Notes under the pieces: generated by a model
Database searches by the model: none
Told to the model about the DNA's origin: nothing
The model's input: only the letters and a program-made list of their open reading frames with translations
In this document: one piece after another, positions 10,601 to 22,353 of the stretch
Layout: the number at the start of each line of letters is the position of its first letter
Numbering within the stretch: position 1 is the first letter of the stretch
Assembly: GCF_006345805.1 (NCBI RefSeq)
Contig: NC_043025.1
Coordinates: 10,478,001 to 10,542,000, forward strand
Length of the DNA: 64,000 nucleotides
Source of the DNA: Octopus sinensis
Lineage: Eukaryota
Direction: 5' to 3'
Made by a program: the position numbers and the translations under genes

Positions 10601-12207
10601 GATCTACCGATACTACTTCTGGGTAGGCGACGAGCTGGCAGAAACGTACGGGTTGAACTCGTAGCGGCAGACGAAATACCTATTTCTTTACTACCGACAC
10701 GGGGCTAAACACAGAGGGGACAAACAAGGACAGACATAGGTATTAAGTCGATTACATCGACCCCAGTGCGTAACTGGTACTTATTTAATTGACCCTGAAA
10801 GGATGAAAGGCAAAGTCGATCTTGGCGGAATTTGAACTCAGAACGTACGAATTGTTGGATCAAGAATCACCTGGGGTTAAATAACAAAAAAAGGATACAC
10901 TAGATTATATAGTAGTCCTAGGTACATTAAGAGTACCTATAAAGGCAGGATGGTCACGGCTGGAACACTTCGTACGTTCAAATTCCGCCGAGGTCGACTT
11001 TGCCTTTCATCCTTTGGGGGTCGATTAAATACGTACCAGTTACGCACTGGGGTCAATATAATCGACTGCCCCCCCTCCCCCCAAATTTCTGGCCTTGTGC
11101 CAAGAGTAGAAAATAATGTGTGTGTGATTGCGTGTGTGCATGTATCTGTACTCCACGTCTGTGTCTGTGTGTCCGTCCCGTTGATTTGATCAAAGCCTGC
11201 GTATCTATGCTATAAGGATGACATCTCTGTGTCTGTGTGTTCGTTCCGTTTACATAGCATCTACCTCGATCTGTGTATGTGTGTGTTCGATCTACCGATA
11301 CAACTTCTGAGTAGGCGGCGAGCTGGCAGAAACGTACGAGTTGAACTCGTAGCGGCAGACGAATTACCTATTTCTTTACTACCTACGAGGGGCTAAACAC
11401 AGAGGGGACAAACAAGGACAGACGAATATATCGACGCCAGTGCGTAACTGGTACTTATTTAATCGACCCCGAAAGGATGAAAGGCAAAGTCGACCTCGGC
11501 GGAATTTGAACTCAGAACGAAATACCTATTTCTTTACTACCCACAAGGGGCTAAACACAGAGGGGACCAAACAAGGACAGACATAGGTATTAGGTAGATT
11601 ATATCGACCCCAGTGCGTAACTGGTACTTATTTAATCGACCCCGAAAGGATGAAAAGTAAAGTCGACCTCGGCGGAATTTGAACTCAGAACGAAATACCT
11701 ATTTCTTTACTACCCACAAGGCTAAACATAGAGGGGAGAAAAACAGACAGACATAAGGTATTAGGTAAATTATATCGACCCAGTGGCGTAACTGGTACTA
11801 TTTAATCGACCCCGAAAGGATGAAAGTAAAGTCGCCTCGGCGGAATTTGACCCAGAACGTAACGGCAGACGAAATACCGCAAAGCATTTCGCCCGGCGTG
11901 CTAACGTTTCTGCCAGCTCGCCGCCTTACACATACCAAAGCATCGCCCACTCTGTATATTAATTCCTGGTGAAGGCCGGTTTATGGTAGTTACCCTGGGT
12001 TTCTGGTCCATAAAGGGTTTAGGTATATGGCGTCTCTTCAGGCCCCAACACCTCTTAAAGTATGGAGGAGATCCCGCCGTACTGCCCTCGATCAGCTATA
12101 AGGGTAAACAGAAAGAGATTATCTCCCTCGCCAGCTTAGCTATGAACTTCTGGCGGTTCTCAAAATGACAGCAGAAATCTCCATGCTTGTATTTTATAAG
12201 ATTTCTG

Positions 12208-12423
12208 GGATCTTTTACTTTTGATGGACAGAATTTTCTAGTTAACTAAACAATTTGAAACTTCGTATACTGGTAGAATGTGTCAAAAGAAAACATTATT
12301 GTAAACTTACAAATTACATTTTTGTTTACAATAATGGTTTTCTTTTGACACATTCTACCAGTATACGAAGTTTCAAATTGTTTAGTTAACTAGAAAATTC
12401 CGTCTATCAAAAGGAAAAGATCC
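12208..12423. mobile_element. Foldback MITE related to family A (about 100-bp arms), 8-bp TSD gatttctg
   Basis: GGATC...GATCC ends; gatttctg at 12200-12207 and 12424-12431; shares aaacttcgtatactggtagaatgtg with family A. A larger foldback relative is at about 61210-61600. Confidence 0.85.
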
Positions 12424-12475
12424 GATTTCTGTTGCTATTTTGGGACGGCTAACAGGAGATGGAGATAAAAAACCC

Positions 12476-13143
12476 GGTACTAGTAGCGAACAGTGGTCCC
12501 GGTGCGCGCACACACACAGTCGCCCTACAACGACTACCTAGCAAAGTAAATAAAACACAAAATAAATAATTTTTTAAACAAAGTAATTAAAACACAAAAA
12601 CACAAAGTAAATAATTTTTAAAACAAAGTGGCTGTGTGGTAAGTAGCTTGCTAACCAACCACATGGTTCCGGGTTCAGTCCCACTGCGTGGCACCTTGGG
12701 CAAGTGTCTTCTGCTTTGACGACCAAAGCCTTGTGAGTGGATTTGGTAGACGGAAACTGAAAGAAGCCCGTCGTATATATGTGTATATATATATATATGT
12801 ATGTGTTTGTGTGTCTGTGTTTGTCCCCCTAGCATTGCTTGACAACCGATGCTGGTGTGTTTATGTCCCCGTCACTTAGCGGTTCGGCAAAAGAGACCGA
12901 TAGAATAAGTACTGGGCTTACAAAGAATAAGTCCCGGGGTCGATTTGATCGACTAAAGGCGGTGCTCCAGCATGGCCGCAGTCAAATGACTGAAACAAGT
13001 AAAAGAGTAAAGTAAATTATTTTTTAAACAAAGTAAATAACACACAAAAAACACAAAGTAAGGATCGACTAGTCATGACTAGCTAGTGCGGATGCGTGAG
13101 TACGCGAGTGCGCGCACCGGGACCACTGTTCTCAAGTAGTACC
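12476..13143. mobile_element. MITE family C (TIR ggtacta..aacagtggtcccggtgcgcgcac) carrying a nested SINE1
   Basis: Inverted termini; aaaaccc repeated on both flanks; a fragment recurs at 35335-35408. Confidence 0.8.
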
Positions 13144-13321
13144 AAAACCCCTTCTATTTACCATCATAGCTGACCGCCGGAGACCATTAGCGAAGGGAGA
13201 TATATATTTCTTTACTACCCACAAGGGGCTAAACACAGAGGGGACAAACAAGGACAGACAAAGGGATTAAGGCGATTACATCGACTCCAGTGCGAAACTG
13301 GTACTTAATTTATCGACCCCG

Positions 13322-13382
<61 letters not shown>

Positions 13383-13386
13383 CTAG

Positions 13387-13437
13387 CAAAAACTGGTCTG
13401 ATGAACGGCAACGAGAAACTCAGAGTAACAGATTTTG
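13387..13437 (+). ncRNA. Minimal type I hammerhead ribozyme
   Basis: CAAAAACUGGU CUGAUGA A CG GCAA CG A GAAA CUCAGAG UA ACAGAUUUUG. Intact core, GNRA-capped stem II, CUC-A-GAG stem III, bulged stem I, GUA triplet (cut after 13427). Confidence 0.75.
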
Positions 13438-14409
13438 TTGAATTTTCTGCTGCTTAAATAAATATTACTCTAATTACTCTACCACTGGTATTTGAGTACT
13501 CTTTTTTCCACCTGTTTCACATTTATGTGTTTACTCGGTCTAGTATATATATATATATATAATATATTATATATATTATATAATATACTAGCAGTATCGC
13601 CCGGCGTTGCTCGGGGTTTTTTCGACCCTTTAGAATTGGAATTTTTGAAAAGCAAAAATGTGGCATTATGTAGCTTGTTATTCTCTTCAGGTGAATATTT
13701 TTCTGGTTGAAATACACCGAAAAGTGGCGACACAGCAGTGAAAAAATCTCTAAAAATAGGGATTTTCATAGAAAAAAGCACCTTTTTGATGTAAATAATT
13801 TTTGGTGTTAACATGGTCCGATTTGAATTTCATGTTTAGCCCCTTGTGGGTAGTAAAGAAATAGGTATTTCGTCTGCCGCTACGAGTTCAACTCGTACGT
13901 TTCAACTCGTACGCCTACCCAGAAGTCTACCTTGGCGGAATTTGAACTCAAAGCTATGAATGAGAACCGTAACCTGGAAATAATATCACGTGATCACGTG
14001 ACCGACCAGACCATCAGATGTTGTTACACATCGCTGGTCACAATGCGTTCGCATTGTTTTAGCCTTTGAATGACGACACCCCGCTGGCTAAGCGAGCAGG
14101 CCAGGAAATAATATATATATATATAGATATATAAATATTATTTCTATATCTCTCGAAGGGAGATAGTCTTTCCTTTAAAGAACTGTAACTGAATGTTTGC
14201 CGAAAGCAAATTCTACAAAAGCGGGAAACACGCCTCACAGGGAAGGTTTCCCGTGCAAAGAATTTGCACAACCGAATGTTTTAGTTGTTGCACAACTTTT
14301 ACTTAAATTATCCAAACACAAACTTTTGAAGGCAATATTGTATGGCGATGGTACTTGTGAAATATGGTAATGGATTTAGTAGCCAAAAGGAGAGAGCAGA
14401 GGCATAGTA

Positions 14410-14555
14410 TGATGGTGGTGGTGGAGACGGTGGTAGTGGCAGCGGTGGTGGCGGTGGTGCTGGTAGTGGTGATGGTGGTCGTGGTCTTGGTGGTGGTGGT
14501 GGTGGTGGTCGTGGTGGTGGTGGTGGTGGTGGTCGTGGTGGTGGTGGTGGTGGTG

Positions 14556-14590
<35 letters not shown>

Positions 14591-14722
14591 GGTGGTGGTG
14601 GTGGTCGTGGTGGTCGTGGTCGTGGTGGTGGTGGTGGTGGTGGTACTGGTGCTGGTGGTGGTGCTGGTGCTGGTGGTGGTGGTGGTGTTGTTGTTGTTGT
14701 TGTTGTTGTTGTTGCTGCTTGT

Positions 14723-14787
<65 letters not shown>

Positions 14788-14950
14788 GGTGGTGGTGGTG
14801 GTGGTGGTGGTGATTATGGTGGTGGTCGTCGTCGTCGTGGTGATCTTCGTGATGGTGGTGGTGATGGTCATGGGTGTAGTGGTGGTGGTGGTCATGGTGG
14901 TAGTGGTGATGGTGTTGGTCGTGGTGGTGGTGGTGGTGGTGGTGGTGGCT
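14410..14950. repeat. Compound trinucleotide microsatellite (GTG/GTC/GTT)n
   Basis: Pure triplet runs giving homopolymeric ORFs in all frames. Confidence 0.95.
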
Positions 14951-15276
14951 GAAGCTGTCGTCTGGATTCTTCCAATTTTTTCGTGTGTCGGTGGCGGCGT
15001 TGGCGTTCAGGCTCGCACCTGCACCTGTGTAGCTCCTCCCCCTTCTTCCCTCCCTCGTGAAGCTGTGGGGAAGGCAGGGTAGGGAAATCAACGTCGTAAA
15101 GCGTTGTCAAGGAGACCAGCGTTCTTTTAGAACAACGTCTTCATGGCTTGAATACGCCAAAACAGAAATGGCTAAGAAAGCTGAAACAGATCCACAAAAA
15201 CGGCAAAAACCGCCACACAGGGCAGGTTTCCTGTGCAAACAATTTGCACAACCGAATGTTTTAGTTGTTGCACAAA

Positions 15277-15669
15277 TCTTTATATACTAAAGTGAGGTTG
15301 TGTGTCTGTCTCCTACGATTTAGATTCCTAACTACTCCCACATTTTGCGGGCTTGTAACCAAACCGGGTATCTTATAGTCGTGATTCATATCGAGCCCTT
15401 CTGGGTATTAGCGCGCGTCTACGATGAGTCTACGATTTAAAAAAAAATTTACCATCATTTTTTCCATTTTAATGCATTTTTTTTCGCTATTATATAAGGG
15501 ATAACTCTCTAAAAATCTACGATGAGTCAACGATTAAAAAAAAATTACCATCACTTTTTTATTCCATTTTTAATGCATTTTTTTGCTATTTTTGTTGCTA
15601 TAACTCTCTAAAAATGCTTATATAGTTATTTTCCCTACAAACCCGCGCAACGCCGGGCGATACTGCTAG
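15277..15669 (+). mobile_element. Non-autonomous Helitron
   Basis: A|TC 5' end, subterminal hairpin cccgcgcaacgccggg, CTAG|T 3' end. Other copies: about 41555-41917 (+), 63751 to window end (+), about 22714-23098 (-), and a shared 3' end at 13588 (-). Confidence 0.88.
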
Positions 15670-15707
15670 TATATATATAATTATATAATTATATATACGT
15701 TATATAT

Positions 15708-15807
15708 NNNNNNNNNNNNNNNNNNNNNNNNNNNNNNNNNNNNNNNNNNNNNNNNNNNNNNNNNNNNNNNNNNNNNNNNNNNNNNNNNNNNNNNNNNNNN
15801 NNNNNNN
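15708..15807. other. Assembly gap (100 N)
   Basis: Run of 100 n immediately left of the 152-bp satellite. Confidence 1.
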
Positions 15808-18800
15808 GTACTGAACCCGGAACCATGTGGTTCCACACAGCCATTCCTGTGCCTGTATATACTCCCTTTACTCTGTTTCAGTCATTTCAATGCGGCCATG
15901 CTGCAGCACCGCCTTTAATCGAGCAACTCGACTCCAGGACTTATTCTTTTGTAAGCCCAGTACTGAACCCGGAACCATGTGGTTCCACACAGCCATTCCT
16001 GTGCCTGTATATACTCTCTTTACTCTGTTTCAGTCATTTCACTGCGGCCATGCTGGAGCACCGCCTTTAATCGAGCAACTCGACTCCAGGACTTATTCGT
16101 TTGTAAGCCCAGTACTGAACCCGGAATCATGTGGTTCCACACAGCCATTCCTGTGCCTGTATATACTCTCTTTACTCTGTTTCAGTCATTTCACTGCGGC
16201 CATGCTGGAGCACCGCCTTTAATCGAGCAACTCGACTCCAGGACTTATTCGTTTGTAAGCCCAGTACTGAACCCGGAATCATGTGGTTCCACAAAGCCAT
16301 TCCTGTGCCTGTATATAATCTCTTTACTCTGTTTCAGTCATTTCACTGCGGCCATGCTGGAGCACCGCCTTTAATCGAGCAACTCGACTCCAGGACTTAT
16401 TCTTTTGTAAGCCCAGTACTGAACCCGGAATCATGTGGTTCCACACAGCCATTCCTGTGCCTGTATATACTCTCTTTACTCTGTTTCAGTCATTTCACTG
16501 CGGCCATGCTGCATCACCGCCTTTAATCGAGCAACTCGACTCCAGGACTTATTCTTTTGTAAGCCCAGTACTGAACCCGGAATCATGTGGTTCCACACAG
16601 CCATTCCTGTGCCTGTATATACTCTCTTTACTCTGTATCAGTCATTTCACTGCGGCCATCCTGCAGCACCGCCTTTAATCGAGCAACTCGACTCCAGGAC
16701 TTATTCTTTTGTAAGCCCAGTACTGAACCCGGAATCATGTGGTTCCACACAGCCATTCTTGTGCCTGTATATACTCTCTTTACTCTGTTTCAGTCATTTC
16801 ACTGCGGCCATGCTGGAGCACCGCCTTTAATCGAGCAACTCGACTCCAGGACTTATTCTTTTGTAAGCCCAGTACTGAACCCGAAATCATGTGGTTCCAC
16901 ACAGCCATTCCTGTGCCTGTATATACTCCCTTGGCTCTGTTTCAGTCATTTCACTGCGGCCATGCTGCAGCACCGCCTTTAATCGAGCAACTCGACTCCA
17001 GGACTTATTCTTTTGTAAGCCCAGTACTGAACCCGGAATCATGTGGTTCCACACAGCCATTCCTGTGCCTGTATATACTCTCTTTACTCTGTTTCAGTCA
17101 TTTCACTGCGGCCATGCTGCAGCACCGCCTTTAATCGAGCAACTCGACTCCAGGACTTATTCTTTTGTAAGCCCAGTACTGAACCCGGAATCATGTGGTT
17201 CCACACAGCCATTCCTGTGCCTGTATATACTCCCTTTACTCTTTTTCAGTCATTTCACTGCGGCCATACTGCAGCACCGCCTTTAATCGAGCAACTCGAC
17301 TCCAGGACTTATTCTTTTGTAAGCCCAGTACTGAACCCGGAATCATGTGGTTCCACACAGCCATTCCTGTGCCTGTATATACTCTCTTTACTCTGTTTCA
17401 GTCATTTCACTGTGGCCATGCTGCAGCACCGCCTTTAATCGAGCAACTCGACTCCAGGACTTATTCTTTTGTAAGCCCAGTACTGAACCCGGAACCATGT
17501 GGTTCCACACAGCCATTCCTGTGCCTGTATATACTCTCTTTACTCTGTTTCAGACATTTCACTGCGGCCATGCTGGAGCACCGCCTTTAATCGAGCAACT
17601 CGACTCCAGGACTTATTCTTTTGTAAGCCCAGTACTGAACCCGGAACCATGTGGTTCCACACAGCCATTCCTGTGCCTGTATATACTCCCTTTACTCTGT
17701 TTCAGTCATTTCACTGCGGCCATGCTGCAGCACTGCCTTTAATCGACCAACTCGACTCCAGGACTTATTCTTTTGTAAGCCCAGTACTGAACCCGGAACC
17801 ATGTGGTTCCACACAGCCATTCCTGTGCCTGTATATACTCTCTTTACTCTGTTTCAGTCATTTCACTGCGGCCATGCTGGAGCACCGCCTTTAATCGAGC
17901 AACTCGACTCCAGGACTTATTCGTTTGTAAGCCCAGTACTGAACCCGGAACCATGTGGTTCCACACAGCCATTCCTGTGCCTGTATATACTCTCTTTACT
18001 CTGTTTCAGTCATTTCACTGCGGCCATGCTGGAGCACCGCCTTTAATCGAGCAACTCGACTCCAGGACTTATTCTTTTGTACGCCCAGTACTGAACCCGG
18101 AACCATGTGGTTCCACACAGCCATTCCTGTGCCTGTATATACTCCCTTTACTCTGTTTCAGTCATTTCACTGCGGCCATGCTGCAGCACTGCCTTTAATC
18201 GACCAACTCGACTCCAGGACTTATTCTTTTGTAAGCCCAGTACTGAACCCGGAACGATGTGGTTCCACACAGCCATTCCTGTGCCTGTATATACTCTCTT
18301 TACTCTGTTTCAGTCATTTCACTGCGGCCATGCTGGAGCACCGCCTTTAATCGAGCAACTCGACTCCAGGACTTATTCTTTTGTAAGCCCAGTACTGAAC
18401 CCGGAACCATGTGGTTCCACACAGCCATTCCTGTGCCTGTATATACTCTCTTTACTCTGTTTCAGTCATTTCACTGCGGCCATGCTGGAGCACCGCCTTT
18501 AATCGAGCAACTCGACTCCAGGACTTATTCTTTTGTAAGCCCAGTACTGAACCCGGAACCATGTGGTTCCACACAGCCATTCCTGTGCCTGTATATACTC
18601 CCTTTACTCTGTTTCAGTCATTTCACTGCGGCCATGCTGCAGCACCGCCTTTAATCGAGCAACTCGACTCCAGGACTTATTCTTTTTTAAGCCCAGTACT
18701 GAACCCGGAACCATGTGGTTCCACACAGCCATTCCTGTGCCTGTATATACTCTCTTTACTCTGATTTCAGTCTCTCTTTACAGTGCATGCGCACTCACAC

Positions 18801-20273
18801 TTTCGTGCATGCGCAGTCACGCTTTCGCGCATGCGCAGTCGCACCTTCGCGCATGCGCAGTCGTACCTTCGCGCATGCGCACTCACACTTTCGCGCATGC
18901 GCAGTCACACTTTCGCGCATGCGCACTCACACTTTCGCGCATGCGCACTCACACCTTCGCGCGTGCGCACTCACACTTTCGCGCATGCGCATTCACACGT
19001 TCGCGCATGCGCACTCACACCTTCGCGCGTGCGCACTCACACTTTCGCACATGCGCAGTCACACGTTCGCGCATGCGCACTCACACTTTCGCGCATGCGC
19101 AGTCGCACCTTCGCGCATGCGCACTAACGCTTTCGCGCATGCGCAGTCGCACCTTCGCGCATGCGCACTCACACTTTCGCGCATGCGCAATTACATGTTC
19201 GCGCATGCGCAGTCACACGTTAACGCATGCGGCCATGCTGGAGCACCGCCTTTAATCGAGCAACTCGACTCCAGGACTTATTCTTTTGTAAGCCCAGTAC
19301 TGAACCCGGAATCATGTGGTTCCACACAGCCATTCCTGTGCCTGTATATACTCTCTTTACTCTGCTTCAGTCATTTCACTGCGGCCATGCTGCAGCACCG
19401 CCTTTAATCGAGCAACTCGACTCCAGGACTTATTCTTTTGTAAGCCCAGTACTGAACCCGGAATCATGTGGTTCCACACAGCCATTCCTGTGCCTGTATA
19501 TACTCCCTTTACTCTTTTTCAGTCATTTCACTGCGGCCATACTGCAGCACCGCCTTTAATCGAGCAACTCGACTCCAGGACTTATTCTTTTGTACGCCCA
19601 GTACTGAACCGGAACCATGTGGTTCCACACAGCCATTCCTGTGCCTGTATATACTCCCTTTACTCTGTTTCAGTCATTTCACTGCGGCCATGCTGCAGCA
19701 CTGCCTTTAATCGACCAACTCGACTCCAGGACTTATTTTTTGTAAGCCCAGTACTGAACCCGGAACGATGTGGTTCCACACAGCCATTCCTGTGCCTGTA
19801 TATACTCTCTTTACTCTGTTTCAGTCATTTCACTGCGGCCATGCTGGAGCACCGCCTTTAATCGAGCAACTCGACTCCAGGACTTATTCTTTTGTAAGCC
19901 CAGTACTGAACCCGGAACCATGTGGTTCCACACAGCCATTCCTGTGCCTGTATATACTCTCTTTACTCTGTTTCAGTCATTTCACTGCGGCCATGCTGGA
20001 GCACCGCCTTTAATCGAGCAACTCGACTCCAGGACTTATTCTTTTGTAAGACCAGTACTGAACCCGGAACCATGTGGTTCCACACAGCCATTCCTGTGCC
20101 TGTATATACTCCCTTTACTCTGTTTCAGTCATTTCACTGCGGCCATGCTGCAGCACCGCCTTTAATCGAGCAACTCGACTCCAGGACTTATTCTTTTTTA
20201 AGCCCAGTACTGAACCCGGAACCATGTGGTTCCACACAGCCATTCCTGTGCCTGTATATACTCTCTTTACTCT
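15808..20273 (-). repeat. 152-bp tandem satellite (about 27 units, open at the gap) made of internally deleted SINE monomers; interrupted at 18763-19229
   Basis: ORF starts recur every 152 bp. The unit is a SINE head (aggcacaggaatggctgtgtgg-aaccacatggttccgggttcagtac) fused to a SINE tail (tgggcttacaaaagaataagtcc...gagtaaagagag). Confidence 0.95.
18785..19229. repeat. 22-bp GCGCATGCGC minisatellite, block 1 (about 20 units)
   Basis: Unit cactcacactttcgcgcatgcg; translated period of 22 aa equals 3 units. Confidence 0.95.
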
Positions 20274-20285
20274 GATTTCAGTCTC

Positions 20286-22353
20286 TCTTTACAGTGCATG
20301 CGCACTCACACTTTCGTGCATGCGCAGTCACGCTTTCGCGCATGCGCAGTCGCACCTTCGCGCATGCGCACTAACACTTTCGCGCATGCGCAGTCGCACC
20401 TTCGCGCATGCGCACTCACACTTTCGCGCATGCGCACTCACACTTTCGCGCATGCGCACTCACACTTTCGCGCATGCGCACTCACACCTTCGCGCGTGCG
20501 CACTCACACTTTCGCGCATGCGCATTCACACGTTCGCGCATGCGCACTCACACCTTCGCGCGTGCGCACTCACACTTTCGCACATGCGCAGTCACACGTT
20601 CGCGCATGCGCACTCACACTTTCGCGCATGCGCAGTCGCACTAACGCTTTCGCGCATGCGCAGTCGCACCTTCGCGCATGCGCACTCACACTTTCGCGCA
20701 TGCGCAATTACATGTTCGCGCATGCGCAGTCACACGTTAACGCATGCGCAGTCACACTTTCGCGCATGCGCACTCACACTTCCGCGCATGCGCACTCACA
20801 CTTCCGCGCATGCGCAGTCACACGTTCGCGCATGCGCAGCCACACGTTAACGCATGCGCAGTCACACTTTAGCGCATGCGCACTTACACTTTCGCGCATG
20901 CGCACTCACACCTTCGCGCGTGCGCACTCACACTTTCGCGCATGCGCAGTCACACGTTCGCGCATGCGCACTCACACTTTCGCGCATGCGCAGTCGCACC
21001 TTCGCACATGCGCACTAACACTTTCGCGCATGCGCAGTCGCACCTTCGCGCATGTGCACTCACACTTTCGCGCATGCGCAGTCACACTTTCGCGCATGCG
21101 CACTCACACTTTCTCGCGTGCGCAGTCACACGTTCGCGCATGCGCAGTCACACTTTCGCGCATGCGCACTCACACCTTTGCGCATGCGCACTCACACTTT
21201 CGCGCATGCGCAGTCACACGTTCGCGCATGCGCAGTCACACTTTCACGCATGCGCACTCACACCTTCGCGCATGCGCACTCACACTTTCGCGCATGCGCA
21301 ATTACATGTTCGCGCATGCGCAGTCACACGTTAACGCATGCGCAGTCACACTTTCGCGCATGCGCACTCACACTTCCGCGCATGCGCACTCACACTTCCG
21401 CGCATGCGCAGTCACACGTTCGCGCATTCGCAGCCACACGTTAACGCATGCGCAGTCACACTTTAGCGCATGCGCACTTACACTTTCGCGCATGCGCACT
21501 CACACCTTCGCGCGTGCGCACTCACACTTTCGCGCATGCGCAGTCACACGTTCGCGCATGCGCACTCACACTTTCGCGCATGCGCAGTCGCACCTTCGCG
21601 CATGCGCACTAACACTTTCGCGCATGCGCAGTCGCACCTTCGCGCATGCGCACTCACACTTTCGCGCATGCGCAGTCACACCTTCGCGCATGCGCAGCCA
21701 CACGTTAACGCATGCGCAGTCACGCTTTAGCGCATGCGCAGTTACACTTTCGCGCATGCGCAGTCACACATTCGCGCATGCGCAGTTACACTTTCGCGCA
21801 AGCGCAGTCACACTTTCGCGCATGCGCATTCACACGTTCGCGCATGCGCACTCACACTTTCGCGCATGCGCATTCACACTTTCGTGCATGCGCAGTCACA
21901 CTTTCGCGCATGCGCAGTCACACGTTCGCGCATGCGCAGTCGCAGCTTCGCGCATGCGCACTTACACGTTCGCGCATGCGCATTCACACGTTCGCGCATG
22001 CGCAGTCTCACCTTCGCGCATGCGCACTCACATTTTCGCGCATGCGCATTCACACTTTCGCGCATGCGCAGGCGCACTTTCGCGCATGCGCACTCACATC
22101 TTCGCGCATGCGCAGTTACACTTTAGCGCATGCGCACTCACACTCTCGCGCATGCGCATTCACACGTTCGCGCATGCGCAGTCACACTTTCGCGCATGCG
22201 CACTCACACTTTCGCGCATGCGCAGTCACACGTTAACGCATGCGCAGTCACACTTTCGCGCATGCGCAGTCAAACGTTCGCGCATGCGCAGTCTCACGTT
22301 AACGCATGCGCAGTCACACGTTCGCGCATGCGCAGTCACACTTTCGCGCATGC
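20286..22353. repeat. 22-bp GCGCATGCGC minisatellite, block 2 (about 94 units)
   Basis: Same unit; the right end runs directly into a MITE lacking its left terminus. Confidence 0.95.

Noticed and set aside
14303-15091. Poly-His/Gln/Asn/Thr ORF, 262 aa
   Set aside because: Triplet microsatellite, open in several frames on both strands; no recognisable domain.
15808-20273. CRISPR-like regular array
   Set aside because: Units are repeated in full with no unique spacers, no cas genes are present, and the DNA is eukaryotic.
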